Assembly (NCBI GenBank): GCA_964407355.1
Contig: CAYOVM010000007.1
Span: 1-40,894, forward strand
Source: an uncultured Enterobacteriaceae bacterium
GTDB lineage: Bacteria > Pseudomonadota > Gammaproteobacteria > Burkholderiales > SG8-39
Direction: 5' to 3'
Length of the DNA stretch: 40,894 bases
The notes under the pieces are model-generated. The model saw nothing but the letters and a program-made list of their open reading frames with translations, did no database searches and was not told the origin of the DNA. A program made the translations under genes and the position numbers. Shown here piece after piece: positions 25,768-36,288 of this stretch; the stretch's first letter is position 1; each line of letters opens with the position of its first letter.

Positions 25768-27210
25768 CTAGTAGCGCACCAGCACCCGGTAGCGAAGCGT
25801 CGTCGTTCCCCCGGCGGGGACCGGCACGCGCCATTCCGCGGTTCCCGCGGCCACCTTGGCGTGCCGCGCGCTCTGCTCGAGCATCGTCCAGTCGCCCGGC
25901 ACCGGCTCGCGCACGATCACCGTGGCGGCCTCCTTCTTCGCGTTGCGCAGCACGATCTCGTACGCGCTCTCGAACACGTAGCTGGCGTTGTTCGACGGCT
26001 CGCGGCGCTTGAAATCGGTCTGCTTCTTGTCGGCGGTCACGTCGAAGGCGTCGCCGAGCTTCAGGCGCACGTTCTCGTTCTTCGGCGTATGGTCGATGCC
26101 GTCTTCGCCGATGAATTGCGCGTTGCCCGAGCTGTCCTTCTTGTAGACGCGCACCACGCCCTTCGGCATCGGCATGCCCAGGCGCGAGGCCTCGCGGTTC
26201 TCGAACTGCACGAACACCCCGACCTTCATCTTCTGGCCGATGCCGCCGACGCTCGAGCGGTAGTAGTAGTCGCTTCCCTGGAGGACCAGCTCCTTCGTGA
26301 CCGGCACGCCGCTCGCGCCGAGGAGCGCCACCTGCTTGGTCTGGTTGTCGGCGATCGTGGTCGGCCGCGCGAGGGTGTAGAGGTGGTATTCGAAGAGCGA
26401 TTCCTGCGACATCTGGCGCGCCGGCGCCTCCGCGGCCCTCGCCATGCCGGAGCTCTTCGCCGCGAGGCGCAGCTCGTCGCGCACGCGGTTCACGTCGCCG
26501 GCGACGAGCTGCAGGCGCGCGTTCGGGTAGGCGGTGCCGCTCTGGTTGGTGAGCGTCACCCAGCCGTTCAGGTCGAGAGCGTTGTCGGCGGCGTTCAGCT
26601 CGGCGACGTAATCGGCTTTCCACGACAGGCCGCCCGAGAGGTACGAAAGCTCGACCGTCTGCTCGCCGGCGCGCGCGCTGTTCAGCTCCGTGACCAGCGT
26701 CGGCCGGTCGCGCAGGTTGGAAGGCACGCCGTCGTAGACGATGCGCCCGGGCAGGCCGGTCTCGACCCGGTCGCCGATCTTCAGCACCACGCCGTTGTTC
26801 GCGGCGAGGACGGTGGCGGTCTCGATCGACTCGGCGCCGGTCGTGGGGTGCGCCTTCACGATGCGCACCGTGCGCCCGACGTATTTCTCCAGCAGCTTGG
26901 CCGGGGTCAGCAGATCGAAGTCGAAATTCTGCTCGACGAGCGTGAAAGCCCCGGGATGCGAGAGGCTCCTCAGCAGCGCCGTCTCCGGGCGCATGCGCCC
27001 GCTCACCTCCCGCAGCGCGAGCCGGTTCTCCCCCGGGACGAGCGCGATGGTGCGCGTGTCCTTCACCAGCGCGAGGTTCTCGTTATAGATCGTCACGGCG
27101 ACCGATTTCTGGTCGGCGAGCGTGCTGGGAAGCTCCTTGACCGCCGCCTCGGCGCTCGAGTAGATCGCGAGCGCGGCGGCGACGGCGGCATGGATTTTCT
27201 TGAGCTGCAT
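25768..27210 (-). CDS. DUF4139-family secreted protein
   Basis: 480 aa with a signal peptide (AIYSSAEA). Motifs: VAVTIYNENLALVKDTR..., LSYLSGGLSWKADY, LNGWVTLTNQSGTAYPNARLQLVAGDVNRV. Confidence 0.7.
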   Translation of the reverse strand: MQLKKIHAAVAAALAIYSSAEAAVKELPSTLADQKSVAVTIYNENLALVKDTRTIALVPGENRLALREVSGRMRPETALLRSLSHPGAFTLVEQNFDFDLLTPAKLLEKYVGRTVRIVKAHPTTGAESIETATVLAANNGVVLKIGDRVETGLPGRIVYDGVPSNLRDRPTLVTELNSARAGEQTVELSYLSGGLSWKADYVAELNAADNALDLNGWVTLTNQSGTAYPNARLQLVAGDVNRVRDELRLAAKSSGMARAAEAPARQMSQESLFEYHLYTLARPTTIADNQTKQVALLGASGVPVTKELVLQGSDYYYRSSVGGIGQKMKVGVFVQFENREASRLGMPMPKGVVRVYKKDSSGNAQFIGEDGIDHTPKNENVRLKLGDAFDVTADKKQTDFKRREPSNNASYVFESAYEIVLRNAKKEAATVIVREPVPGDWTMLEQSARHAKVAAGTAEWRVPVPAGGTTTLRYRVLVRY

Positions 27211-27212
27211 GG

Positions 27213-27273
27213 CGGTTTCTCCTTGTTGGTCAGGTCGCTGCTTCCGACCCGGCTATAAACGAGGGAGAAACCG
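27213..27273 (-). promoter_or_regulatory. 5'-leader stem that pairs a perfect 10-nt anti-SD with the SD of the DUF4139 gene
   Basis: Minus-strand RNA: CGGUUUCUCC (from 27273-27264) ... 41 nt ... GGAGAAACCG (27222-27213), then CC-AUG. A nested GGTCG-N7-CGACC hairpin sits in the loop. Confidence 0.45.
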
Positions 27274-27329
27274 GAAAGGGTTAATGCACGAACGGCCAGG
27301 CTTCAAAAAACGTGGTCTGTCCCTGATTT

Positions 27330-28313
27330 CTACAGGTAGACCCGCTTCATGCCCTCGGCGGGATAACGCGTGCCGGCGGCGGCGCCGGGCGGGGCGGCCT
27401 CCGAGATCCGCTTGAGGTCCTGCGCGGTCAGCTTCACCTTGAGCGCGCCCAGGTTCTCGTCGACGCGCTGCCTGCGCTTGGTTCCCGGGATCGCCACGAT
27501 ATCGCTGCCCTGCGCGAGCAGCCACGCGAGCACGAGCTGCGACAGCGTGCATTTTTTTTCCTTCGCTATCTGCTCCAGGCGCAGGACCAGCTCGACGTTC
27601 TTGTCCAGGTTCTCGCCCTGGAAGCGAGGATGCTGCAGCCGGCGGTCGCCCTCCGGCACGTCGGCTTTGCCGTGCACGGTGCCGGTGAGCATGCTGCGTC
27701 CGAGCGGCGCATAGGCCACGAAAGCGATGCCGAGCTTGCGCGTGGTGGCGATGGTTTCCTCGCCGTCCGTCCGGTAGAGCAGCGAATATTCGTTCTGCAC
27801 CGCCGCGATCGGATGCACCTTGTGCGCGCGGCGGATGGTCTCCGGACGCGCCTCCGAGAGGCCGAGGGCCCGCACCTTGCCCTGCTCGACCAGGCGCTTC
27901 ATCGCGCCGACGGTCTCCTCGATGGGGACGGTGGTGTCGACGCGGTGCTGGTAGTAGAGGTCGATGACCTCGAGGCCCAGGCGCTTCAGGCTCGCCTCGC
28001 AGGCCTGCATCACGTATTCGGGACGCCCGTCCACGCCCTGCTTGCCGCTCGCGTCTTTCGTCTGGCCGAACTTGGTGGCGACGACTACTTTATCGCGCTT
28101 TCCTTTGAGGGCGCGGCCGAGAAGCTGCTCGTTGTGGCCCCAGCCGTACATGTCGGACGAGTCGAGGTGATCGACGCCGCAATCGAGCGCGTGATGGATC
28201 ACCGAGATCGACTCGTCGTCGCTGGCGTTGCCGTAGATGCCCGACATCGACATCAGCCCGAGGCCGATGGGGGAAACCTGCAAAGTGCTCCTGCCCAGCG
28301 CGCGTTTTTCCAT
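27330..28313 (-). CDS. Aldo/keto reductase
   Basis: 327 aa. Motifs: [50 protein letters not shown]. Confidence 0.9.
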   Translation of the reverse strand: MEKRALGRSTLQVSPIGLGLMSMSGIYGNASDDESISVIHHALDCGVDHLDSSDMYGWGHNEQLLGRALKGKRDKVVVATKFGQTKDASGKQGVDGRPEYVMQACEASLKRLGLEVIDLYYQHRVDTTVPIEETVGAMKRLVEQGKVRALGLSEARPETIRRAHKVHPIAAVQNEYSLLYRTDGEETIATTRKLGIAFVAYAPLGRSMLTGTVHGKADVPEGDRRLQHPRFQGENLDKNVELVLRLEQIAKEKKCTLSQLVLAWLLAQGSDIVAIPGTKRRQRVDENLGALKVKLTAQDLKRISEAAPPGAAAGTRYPAEGMKRVYL

Positions 28314-28457
28314 GCGGCGATCTTATCAGGCTGCCCGCGGCGCTGCCCACTTCGCGCGCCTCGCAGGAAAGTGGGAAGCGGTCCGTTCGAATCCCGGATT
28401 TACAACCGGCGAGGAATGGGGCCAAATGAACCGCGTCACTCACGGAGGAGGCCCCAG

Positions 28458-30083
28458 ATGTGCACACTATGCGATGAAGGCAAGCCGCAGGACCACGGCG
28501 ATTCAACCGAGCGTTCGCAGCTGGGACGGCGCGGCTTTCTGAAGGCTTCTACGGCCGGCGCGGCCGCCGCGGCGGGGATGAGCCTGTTCAGCGCGCCGCC
28601 CGCGCTGGCGAACGAGGCGGGTGAGCCGCCGAGGGACGCCGGGCGGCCCGGGCGGCGCTACGTCATCCGCAACGGCCACGTCATGTCGATGGACCCGGGC
28701 GTGGGCGATTTCGCCCAGGCCGACGTGCTGGTCGAGGGGAACAAGATCCGCGCCGTCGGGCCGAACCTGCAGGTCTCCGGCGCGGATGTGATCGACGCCC
28801 GCGGGCGGGTGGTCATGCCCGGCTTCATCGATACGCACCACCACCAGTTCGAGACCGCCCTGCGCAGCTTTCTCGCCGACGGGATATTGATCAACGACGG
28901 GTCGAACACGCCCAGCGGGAACACCACTTACTTCGAGTTCATTCTCCTCAAGTTCGCCCCCGTGTACCGTCCGCAGGACGTCTACATCAACGAGCTCTTC
29001 GGCGGCTTGAGCCAGCTCGACGCCGGCGTCACGACGGTGCACGACGTCTCGCAGATCCATCACTCGCCCCAGCACTCGGACGCCGCCATCCAGGCGCTGT
29101 TCGATACCAAACGCCGTGCCGCCTTCGGCTATTTCGAGAGCGCGGGCGCGAGCATCCTCGGCACCAACCCCGGCAACAAATATCCGAGCGACGCGCCCCG
29201 CATCAAGAAGCAGTGGTTTTCCTCGAGCGACCAGCTCGTCCACATGATCATGGGCGGCGAGGTGTATCTGGGAGACGCGACGACCGACCAGTCCTGGACG
29301 CTCGGGCGCCAGCTCGACCTGCAGATCGCGGCGCACATCCTCTCGCCGTTCAGCATCCGGCCGATCTTCGACAGGCTCGCGGCCGGCACGGGCGGCAACG
29401 GCCGCATCGGCATCGGACCGGACAACCTGTTCATCCACATGACCGGGATGGCCGACGCGGCATGGCAGAGGGTCAAGGACGTCGGCGCACAGGTCTCGCT
29501 CGCGGTGCCGATCGAGATGAACATGCGTCACGGCCTGCCGCCGATCCTCAAGATGCAGAGTCTGGGCATTGAGCCTTCGCTCTCCACGGACGTCGAGTGC
29601 ACCATGACCGCGGACTTCTTCACTCAGATGCGCTCCATGATGAACGCGCAGCGCATGCTGGTGAACCAGATGGTCCTCGAGCAGGGAGATTTCTATCCCC
29701 CCAATCAGTACCCGACGCCGGCCCGGGGGACGCCGCCCCTGCTGACGACGCGCGACGTGCTGCGCTACGCCACCATGAACGGCGCGAAGCACCTGCGGCT
29801 CGACCGCAAGGTCGGCTCGCTCGCGCCGGGCAAGGAGGCCGACATCATCCTCCTCGACGCCGAGGCGATCAATGTGGCGCCGCTCAACCAGGTGCCGGGG
29901 GCGGTCGTATCGCTGATGGAGCGCAGCAACGTCGAGACCGTGATCGTGGCGGGCAAGGTGCGCAAGTGGAAGGGAAAGCTGCTCGACGTCGATCTGCCCC
30001 ATCTGCGCAGGCAGCTCGAGAATTCGCGCGACTACATATTCGCCGCCGCCGGCGTGCCGCAGGACCTGTTCGGCAGCCAGTAA
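28458..30083 (+). CDS. Amidohydrolase-superfamily metallo-hydrolase with a twin-arginine (Tat) signal
   Basis: ATG 28458 is preceded by GGAGGAGG. The N-terminus MCTLCDEGKPQDHGDSTERSQLGRRGFLKASTAGAAAAAGMSLFSAPPALA carries an RR motif, an h-region and AxA. Further motifs: PGFIDTHHHQFE (HxH metal motif) and a C-terminal GSLAPGKEADIILLD. Confidence 0.85.
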   Translation: MCTLCDEGKPQDHGDSTERSQLGRRGFLKASTAGAAAAAGMSLFSAPPALANEAGEPPRDAGRPGRRYVIRNGHVMSMDPGVGDFAQADVLVEGNKIRAVGPNLQVSGADVIDARGRVVMPGFIDTHHHQFETALRSFLADGILINDGSNTPSGNTTYFEFILLKFAPVYRPQDVYINELFGGLSQLDAGVTTVHDVSQIHHSPQHSDAAIQALFDTKRRAAFGYFESAGASILGTNPGNKYPSDAPRIKKQWFSSSDQLVHMIMGGEVYLGDATTDQSWTLGRQLDLQIAAHILSPFSIRPIFDRLAAGTGGNGRIGIGPDNLFIHMTGMADAAWQRVKDVGAQVSLAVPIEMNMRHGLPPILKMQSLGIEPSLSTDVECTMTADFFTQMRSMMNAQRMLVNQMVLEQGDFYPPNQYPTPARGTPPLLTTRDVLRYATMNGAKHLRLDRKVGSLAPGKEADIILLDAEAINVAPLNQVPGAVVSLMERSNVETVIVAGKVRKWKGKLLDVDLPHLRRQLENSRDYIFAAAGVPQDLFGSQ

Positions 30084-30095
30084 GGGCTTATCGGG

Positions 30096-30869
30096 TCAGT
30101 GGATGCGCCGGCCGAGGGCCGCGTCGGGCACCGCGAGCCCGATCGCCGCGATCTGGGCATCGAGGTCCGCCTGCCACATCCGGCGCAGCTCCTCGTTGCC
30201 CCAGCGGCGGATGCCGTAGCCGACCGCGAGGTCGCTGAACTTCGAGCGGGCGGCGCCGAAGGTGTCGAGCGCGTGCGGGTACCACTTGTCGACCGTCTTC
30301 TGCGCCTCCGCGGCGCCGGCCTTCGCGAGCTCCTGGTAGCGGGGGTTGTGCACGAGGTCGCGGATGCGGCGCGCGCCGAACGAGGCGTGGAAGCGCTCCT
30401 CGTGCACCATCGTCGTCATCTCGCGCGCGAAAGGCGCGAAGCTCGAGTCCTCGAAGGCGCGCAGGTGATACCAGGCGACGTGGTCCATGAGGAAGCAGAA
30501 GCCGCAGACGTCGACCCAGGTCTCGAACGGCACGTTGAAGGCGTGCAGCGGATGCTCGCCCATCTTCGCGGCGAGCAGCTTGTCGGCGAGCGCCTCGCCC
30601 TCGGGCCCGAAGCTGCGCAGCAGGCGGCAGTCGATGAAACCCTGGTGCGCCTCGTCGGCGCAGATCTGCGACTGGATGAAGCGGTCTTCCGCGGTCGGCC
30701 CCTGGTTGATCCAGGGCTGGTGCTGCTCCACCGAGGCGAACTCGGTGGAAGCGAGCGCATAGATGATCTTGAGCAGGGTCTCGCGGTACTCGGCCGGCAT
30801 CTGCTCGACCGTCTCGACCTTGCGCATCCCCTTGAGCTCGCCCCACATCACGTTGCGCCCGATGCTCAT
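30096..30869 (-). CDS. PaaA-like ferritin-fold di-iron oxygenase family protein (stand-alone)
   Basis: 257 aa. MPAEYRETLLKIIYALASTEFAS...ADEAHQG...FLMDHVAW...VHEERFHASFG follows the order of blocks I recall for E. coli PaaA ([23 protein letters not shown]...QDEAGHG...WLVDGAA...CKEESFHQRQG). Confidence 0.65.
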   Translation of the reverse strand: MSIGRNVMWGELKGMRKVETVEQMPAEYRETLLKIIYALASTEFASVEQHQPWINQGPTAEDRFIQSQICADEAHQGFIDCRLLRSFGPEGEALADKLLAAKMGEHPLHAFNVPFETWVDVCGFCFLMDHVAWYHLRAFEDSSFAPFAREMTTMVHEERFHASFGARRIRDLVHNPRYQELAKAGAAEAQKTVDKWYPHALDTFGAARSKFSDLAVGYGIRRWGNEELRRMWQADLDAQIAAIGLAVPDAALGRRIH

Positions 30870-30896
30870 CGCGGTCCGCCTTCCATGATGCGTATC

Positions 30897-31598
30897 CTAC
30901 ACGCCCAGGTAGCGATGCTGGACGTCCGGGCTTTCGGCGAGCGCCTTCGAAGTCCCGGACCACACGACGCGGCCTTTTTCCAGCACGTAGTGCCGGTCGG
31001 CGACCCGGCTGAGCGAGCGCACGTCCTTGTCGATGAGCAGGATCGCCATCCCGGCGGCCTTCAGGCGCTCGATCGAGTTGTAGATCTCCACGCGCACCAG
31101 GGGAGCGAGCCCCTCGGTCGCCTCGTCGAGGATCAGCAGGCGCGGGTTGGTCATCAGCGCACGGCCGATCGCCAGCATCTGCTGCTCTCCCCCGGAGAGC
31201 TGGTTGCCAAGATTGCCGGTTCGATTTTTAAGATTCGGAAACAGCGAAAAGACTTTGTCCAGCGTCCACGGTTGCGCGCTCCCGGAACGGTTCGCCGCGG
31301 TCGCCACGAGGTTCTCGCGCACGGTGAGGTTCGGAAATACCTGCCGGCCCTCGGGCACGAGGCCGAGCCCGGCCTGGGCGATGCGGTAGGAAGGCAGGCC
31401 GGTCATTTCTTTGTTCTCGAAAACGATGCTTCCATCCCTGGGCGGGGTCATGCCCATGATCGAGCGCACCGTGGTGGTCTTGCCCATGCCGTTGCGGCCG
31501 AGGAGGGTGACGACTTCGCTTTCCTTCACGGAAAAGGAAACGCCGAACAGGACCTGGCTTCTCCCGTAGGCCGTCTGCAGGTCCCTTACCTCCAGCAT
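30897..31598 (-). CDS. livF: Branched-chain amino acid-type ABC transporter ATP-binding protein (LivF-like)
   Basis: 233 aa. Motifs: GRNGMGKTT, LSGGEQQMLAIGRAL, LLILDEATEGLAP. Confidence 0.9.
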   Translation of the reverse strand: MLEVRDLQTAYGRSQVLFGVSFSVKESEVVTLLGRNGMGKTTTVRSIMGMTPPRDGSIVFENKEMTGLPSYRIAQAGLGLVPEGRQVFPNLTVRENLVATAANRSGSAQPWTLDKVFSLFPNLKNRTGNLGNQLSGGEQQMLAIGRALMTNPRLLILDEATEGLAPLVRVEIYNSIERLKAAGMAILLIDKDVRSLSRVADRHYVLEKGRVVWSGTSKALAESPDVQHRYLGV

Positions 31599-31617
31599 GG
31601 AAGGCCTCTTATACGCA

Positions 31618-32356
<739 letters not shown>

Positions 32357-32373
<17 letters not shown>

Positions 32374-33289
32374 CCGCCACGATTCCCGCGAGGCCGCGCT
32401 TGAAGAAAACCACCGAGAGCACGAGGAGCGGTCCGAGGATCACCTGCCAGTGCTCGGTCCAGCCCTTCAGCAGCTCTTCGACGAGCAGCAGCGCGAAGGC
32501 GCCGAGCACCGGCCCGGGCGTGCTCGCCATGCCGCCGAGGATCACCATGAACATGAGCTCGCCCGACTGCTGCCAGCTCATGAAGCCGGGCGTGAGGTAG
32601 CTGGTGTGGTTCGCGTAGAGCGCGCCGGCGACGCCGCACATCGCGCCGGCGATGACGAACGCGGCGAGGCGGTACGGATACGGCGAAAAGCCGAGCGCCC
32701 GCGAGCGCGCCTCGTTCGACTTGCTCGCCCGCAGCGCCATCCCGAATCTTGAATTTACGATTTTATGAACTAAAAACACCGAGAAAACCATCAAGGCAAG
32801 TGCAACGTAATAGAAAACGACAGGATTGTTCAGGTCCACCAGCGGAAACTGACTCTTTGTCTTGAGACGCATGCCATCGTCGCCGCCGAACTCGGCGATC
32901 GAGATGCCGAGGTAGTACAGCATCTGGGTGAAGGCGAGGGTGATCATGATGAAGTAGATGCCGCTCGTGCGGATCGAGATCGCGCCGATCGCCGCGGCCA
33001 CGAGCGCGGACGCGCCGATCGCCACGGCGAGGTGCAGCCAGCCGTTCGTGACGCCGTAGAAGGCGAGGATGCCGACGGCGTAGCCGCCGATGCCGAGATA
33101 CGCCGCGTGCCCGAAGGACACGAGGCCGCCGTAGCCGAGGATCAGGTTGAGGCTGACCGCGGCGATGGCGAGGATCATGATGCGCCGCACGAGGTCGACG
33201 TAAAAGAGCTGGTTCAGCGCCGCCGCGATCGGCGGCACGGCGATGAGCGCCAGTATCGCGAGGCCCCAGAGGAAAAATCGTCTAGGCAT
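32357..33289 (-). CDS. livM: Branched-chain amino acid-type ABC transporter permease (LivM-like)
   Basis: From the ATG at 33289: MPRRFFLWGLAILALIAVPP...NLILGYGGLVSFGHAAYLGIGGY. This ATG overlaps the livH stop (ATGA). The upstream part of the 491-aa track ORF is an alternative frame of livH. Confidence 0.9.
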
Positions 33290-34209
33290 CAATTCCGGGC
33301 CTGGAACAATCCCGCCGGCCGCAGGGCGAGCACCCCCGCCATCAACAGATAGATCAGCATCGAAGCGAGCGCCGGCCCGGCCGATTCGGCGGCGGTGGGC
33401 GAGATGATCGTGCCGAGCAGCGGCTTGAGGAACGCCCGGCCCATCGTATCGACCACGCCGACGATCAGCGCGCCGACCAGCGCGCCGCGGATCGAGCCGA
33501 TGCCGCCGATCACGATCACCACGAACACCTGGATGAGGATCAGCTCGCCCATGCCCGGCTGCACCGCGTAGATCGGTCCCGCCATCAGGCCGGCGAGCCC
33601 GGCGAGCGCGGCGCCGAAGCCGAACACCAGCGTGTAGAGCAGGCGGATGTTGACGCCGAGCGCCGCGACCATCGCGCGGTTCGAGGCGCCGGCGCGGATC
33701 AGCATGCCCAGGCGCGTGCGCGTCACGACGTACCAGAGGATCGCGGCGGCCAGCAGCCCGACGCCGATGATCAGCGCGCGGTAGACGGGGTAGGTCGAGC
33801 CGGTGAAGAGCGGGATGTGGCCCTGCAGCCATTTCGGCAGCGACGCGTACACCGCGGTACGCCCCCAGAGGATCGCGACGAGCTCGTTGAAGAAGAGGAT
33901 CAGGCCGAAGGTGGCGAGCACCTGGTCGAGATGGTCGCGCTCATAAAGCGTGCGCAGCGCCACGACCTCGACCAGCATGCCGACCAGCAGCGCGCCGAGC
34001 AGGCCGAGCGCGACGCCGAGGGCATAGTTGCCGGTCCATTGCGTCGCCGCGACCGTGAGGTAGGCGCCGACCATGTACAGCGAGCCGTGCGCCAGGTTCA
34101 CCATGTTCATGATGCCGAACACCAGCGTGAGCCCCGCGGCCATCAGGAACAGCATCACGCCGTACTGCAGGCCGTTCAGCAGCTGCTCGAAGACGAGAGG
34201 GAAGCTCAT
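33289..34209 (-). CDS. livH: Branched-chain amino acid-type ABC transporter permease (LivH-like)
   Basis: 306 aa. Motifs: FEQLLNGLQYGVMLFLMAAGLTLVFGIMNMVNLAHGSLYMVGAY. Confidence 0.9.
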   Translation of the reverse strand: MSFPLVFEQLLNGLQYGVMLFLMAAGLTLVFGIMNMVNLAHGSLYMVGAYLTVAATQWTGNYALGVALGLLGALLVGMLVEVVALRTLYERDHLDQVLATFGLILFFNELVAILWGRTAVYASLPKWLQGHIPLFTGSTYPVYRALIIGVGLLAAAILWYVVTRTRLGMLIRAGASNRAMVAALGVNIRLLYTLVFGFGAALAGLAGLMAGPIYAVQPGMGELILIQVFVVIVIGGIGSIRGALVGALIVGVVDTMGRAFLKPLLGTIISPTAAESAGPALASMLIYLLMAGVLALRPAGLFQARN

Positions 34210-34228
34210 CCGGGCGCGCCGTGCCGCG

Positions 34229-35026
34229 TTACCAGATGCTCGCGAGCATCCGCAGCGCGAGCGCGTAGAGGACGAGCGCGAAAGCCACGCGCAGCGGTTT
34301 CACCGGCAGCCGGTGCGCCACGCTCGCGCCGAGCGGCGCGAGCAGCATGCTGGTCACGGCGACCAGGAGCAGAGCCGGCAGGTAGACGAAGCCGAGGCTG
34401 GGCGAGGGCAGCCCCTGGACGCGCGAGCCCTGGATCATGTAGCCCGCCGTGCCGGCGAGCGCGATCGGGAATCCGATGGCCGCCGCCGTGCCGATGGCGC
34501 GCTTCAGCGGCACGTTGCACCAGGTCAGGAACGGCACCGACAGGAAGGCGCCGCCCGCCGCGAGCAGGCTGGAGACCGCGCCGATCACTCCGCCCGCCAC
34601 CAGCACGCCGCCGGTTCCGGGGACGGCGCGGGTGCGCTTCGGGCGGAAATCGAGGAGCAGCGAGGTGGCGGCGTAGCCGATGAAGGCGATGAACATCGCG
34701 GCAAGCGCGCGCGTCGGAATAAGGCCGGCGAGGAGCGCCGCGGCGAACGAGCCGATCAGGATGCCGGGAATCATCACGCGCGCGATCGGCCAGTCCACCG
34801 CCTTGTGGCCGTGGTGCGCGCGCACGCTCGAGATGGAGGTGAAGAGCACCGTGCACATCGCGGTGCCCAGCGCGAGGTGCATCAGGTGCTCGGTCGGGAA
34901 GTTCTGCGCCGTGAACACGAGCATCAGCAGCGGCACGGATATGGCGCCGCCGCCCACGCCGAGGAGGCCGGCGACGAACCCCGAGAGCGCGCCGATGCCG
35001 ATGTAGCTGAGCGCGGCCGCCATCAA
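34229..35026 (-). CDS. TauE/SafE (TSUP, DUF81) family anion permease
   Basis: 265 aa, polytopic. Has the duplicated GxLGVGGG-type motif (GLLGVGGGAISVPLL and AAGGAFLSVPFL). Confidence 0.85.
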   Translation of the reverse strand: MMAAALSYIGIGALSGFVAGLLGVGGGAISVPLLMLVFTAQNFPTEHLMHLALGTAMCTVLFTSISSVRAHHGHKAVDWPIARVMIPGILIGSFAAALLAGLIPTRALAAMFIAFIGYAATSLLLDFRPKRTRAVPGTGGVLVAGGVIGAVSSLLAAGGAFLSVPFLTWCNVPLKRAIGTAAAIGFPIALAGTAGYMIQGSRVQGLPSPSLGFVYLPALLLVAVTSMLLAPLGASVAHRLPVKPLRVAFALVLYALALRMLASIW

Positions 35027-35033
35027 GGCGGCG

Positions 35034-36203
35034 TCACCACTTCATCTTGCAGTCTTGGTAGTACGCGTCCTTGTGCTTCTCGAACGCTTTCTGCTCGATG
35101 CGCATCTCGACGCCGTCGGCGTTCGAGCTCTTCACCGCCTTGAGCAGGTAGAAGTCCTGGATCGGCAGGTGGTTCACGTTGTAGGCGAACTTGCCGCGCA
35201 CGGAGTTGAAGTTCGCCTTGCGCATCGCCGCAATCAGCGCCTTCGTGTCCTTGGCGTTGCCTTTTGCGGCCTTCAGGGCGGAATCGATCAGCATGATCGC
35301 GTCGTAGCTCTGGGCGCCGTAGTACGAGGGCGTGTAGCCGAACTTCTTCTGGAAATCCGCCACGTACTTCTTGCTCGCGGGGATGTCGAGGTCCGGGCTC
35401 CAGAAGCGCGCCTCGTACTGCCCGATGGCGGCTTCCTTCAGCGCGGGCAGCGTGGTCTCGTCCACGGTGAACACGGTGTAGAGGGGGATCTGGTCGCGCA
35501 GGCCGGCCTGGACGTACTGCTTGACGAACTGGATGCCCATGCCGCCGGGGAAGAAGGCGAACACCGCCTTCGGGTTCTTCGAGCGCAGCTGGCTGATCTC
35601 GGCCTGATAGTCCTGTTGCCCCAGCTTGGTGTAGTTTTCCTCGACGATGCGGCCCTTGTAGTAGCGCTTGAGGCCCGCCACCATGTCCTTGCCGGCCTGG
35701 TAGTTCGGCGCGAGCACGTAGACGTCGTTGATGCCCTTGTCCTGCAGGAACTTGCCCATCGCCTCGGGCGACTGGTCGTTGTTCCACGAGGTGGAGAAGA
35801 AAAGCTCGTTGCATTGCGCGCCCGCGAGCGGGCTCGGCCCGGCGTTCGCGCCGACCATGATCCTGCCCGCGCCGTTGACGACCGGCGCCACCGCCAGCAT
35901 CACGTTCGACCAGATGATGCCGGACATGAAGTCGACCTGGTGCTTCTTCAGCATCTCCTCGGCGACCTGCACGCCGACGTCCGGCTTCTGCTGGTCGTCG
36001 CCGAAGATCACCTCCGTCTCGAGCCCGCCGACTTTCCTGCCGAGGTGGTCGAGCGCGATCTCGACGGAGTCTTTCATGTGCTTGCCGATGCCGCCCGTGG
36101 GACCCGAGAGCGTGGTGATGAAGCCGATCTTCAGCTTCTGTTGCGCCATGGCCGGCGAAGCGGCGAGCGCCGCGGCGGCGAGAAGCAGGACTATTTTTTT
36201 CAC
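35034..36203 (-). CDS. LivK/LivJ-type periplasmic amino acid-binding protein
   Basis: 389 aa. GTG start with AGGAGGAG 5 nt upstream. Signal peptide [21 protein letters not shown]. Motif: [18 protein letters not shown]. Confidence 0.9.
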   Translation of the reverse strand: MKKIVLLLAAAALAASPAMAQQKLKIGFITTLSGPTGGIGKHMKDSVEIALDHLGRKVGGLETEVIFGDDQQKPDVGVQVAEEMLKKHQVDFMSGIIWSNVMLAVAPVVNGAGRIMVGANAGPSPLAGAQCNELFFSTSWNNDQSPEAMGKFLQDKGINDVYVLAPNYQAGKDMVAGLKRYYKGRIVEENYTKLGQQDYQAEISQLRSKNPKAVFAFFPGGMGIQFVKQYVQAGLRDQIPLYTVFTVDETTLPALKEAAIGQYEARFWSPDLDIPASKKYVADFQKKFGYTPSYYGAQSYDAIMLIDSALKAAKGNAKDTKALIAAMRKANFNSVRGKFAYNVNHLPIQDFYLLKAVKSSNADGVEMRIEQKAFEKHKDAYYQDCKMKW

Positions 36204-36239
36204 GAATCTCCTCCTAGGAAATATAGTTCAAGCCGGCCT

Positions 36240-36268
36240 CTTATCCCGGTGTGCGGGGATACTAGCAA
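36240..36268 (-). promoter_or_regulatory. Candidate sigma70-like promoter for the liv-type operon (TTGCTA-N17-GATAAG on the minus strand)
   Basis: Hexamers read directly. 4/6 matches to each consensus hexamer, 17-nt spacer, about 35 nt upstream of the SD. Confidence 0.3.
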
Positions 36269-36288
36269 AAAGCCCGTCAGCGCGGGCT
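36267..36288 (-). terminator. Candidate intrinsic terminator of the receiver gene
   Basis: Minus strand reads AGCCCG-CGCTGA-CGGGCT followed by TTTT. The receiver gene's TGA stop (36277-36279) sits in the loop. Confidence 0.5.

Noticed and set aside
28382-28398. tRNA T-arm-like string TCCGTTCGAATCCCGGA (contains GTTCGAATC), a possible tRNA fragment or integration-site remnant.
   Set aside because: No acceptor, D or anticodon arms can be drawn around it. The stem needs a 9-nt loop rather than the canonical 7. No integrase or direct repeat is nearby.
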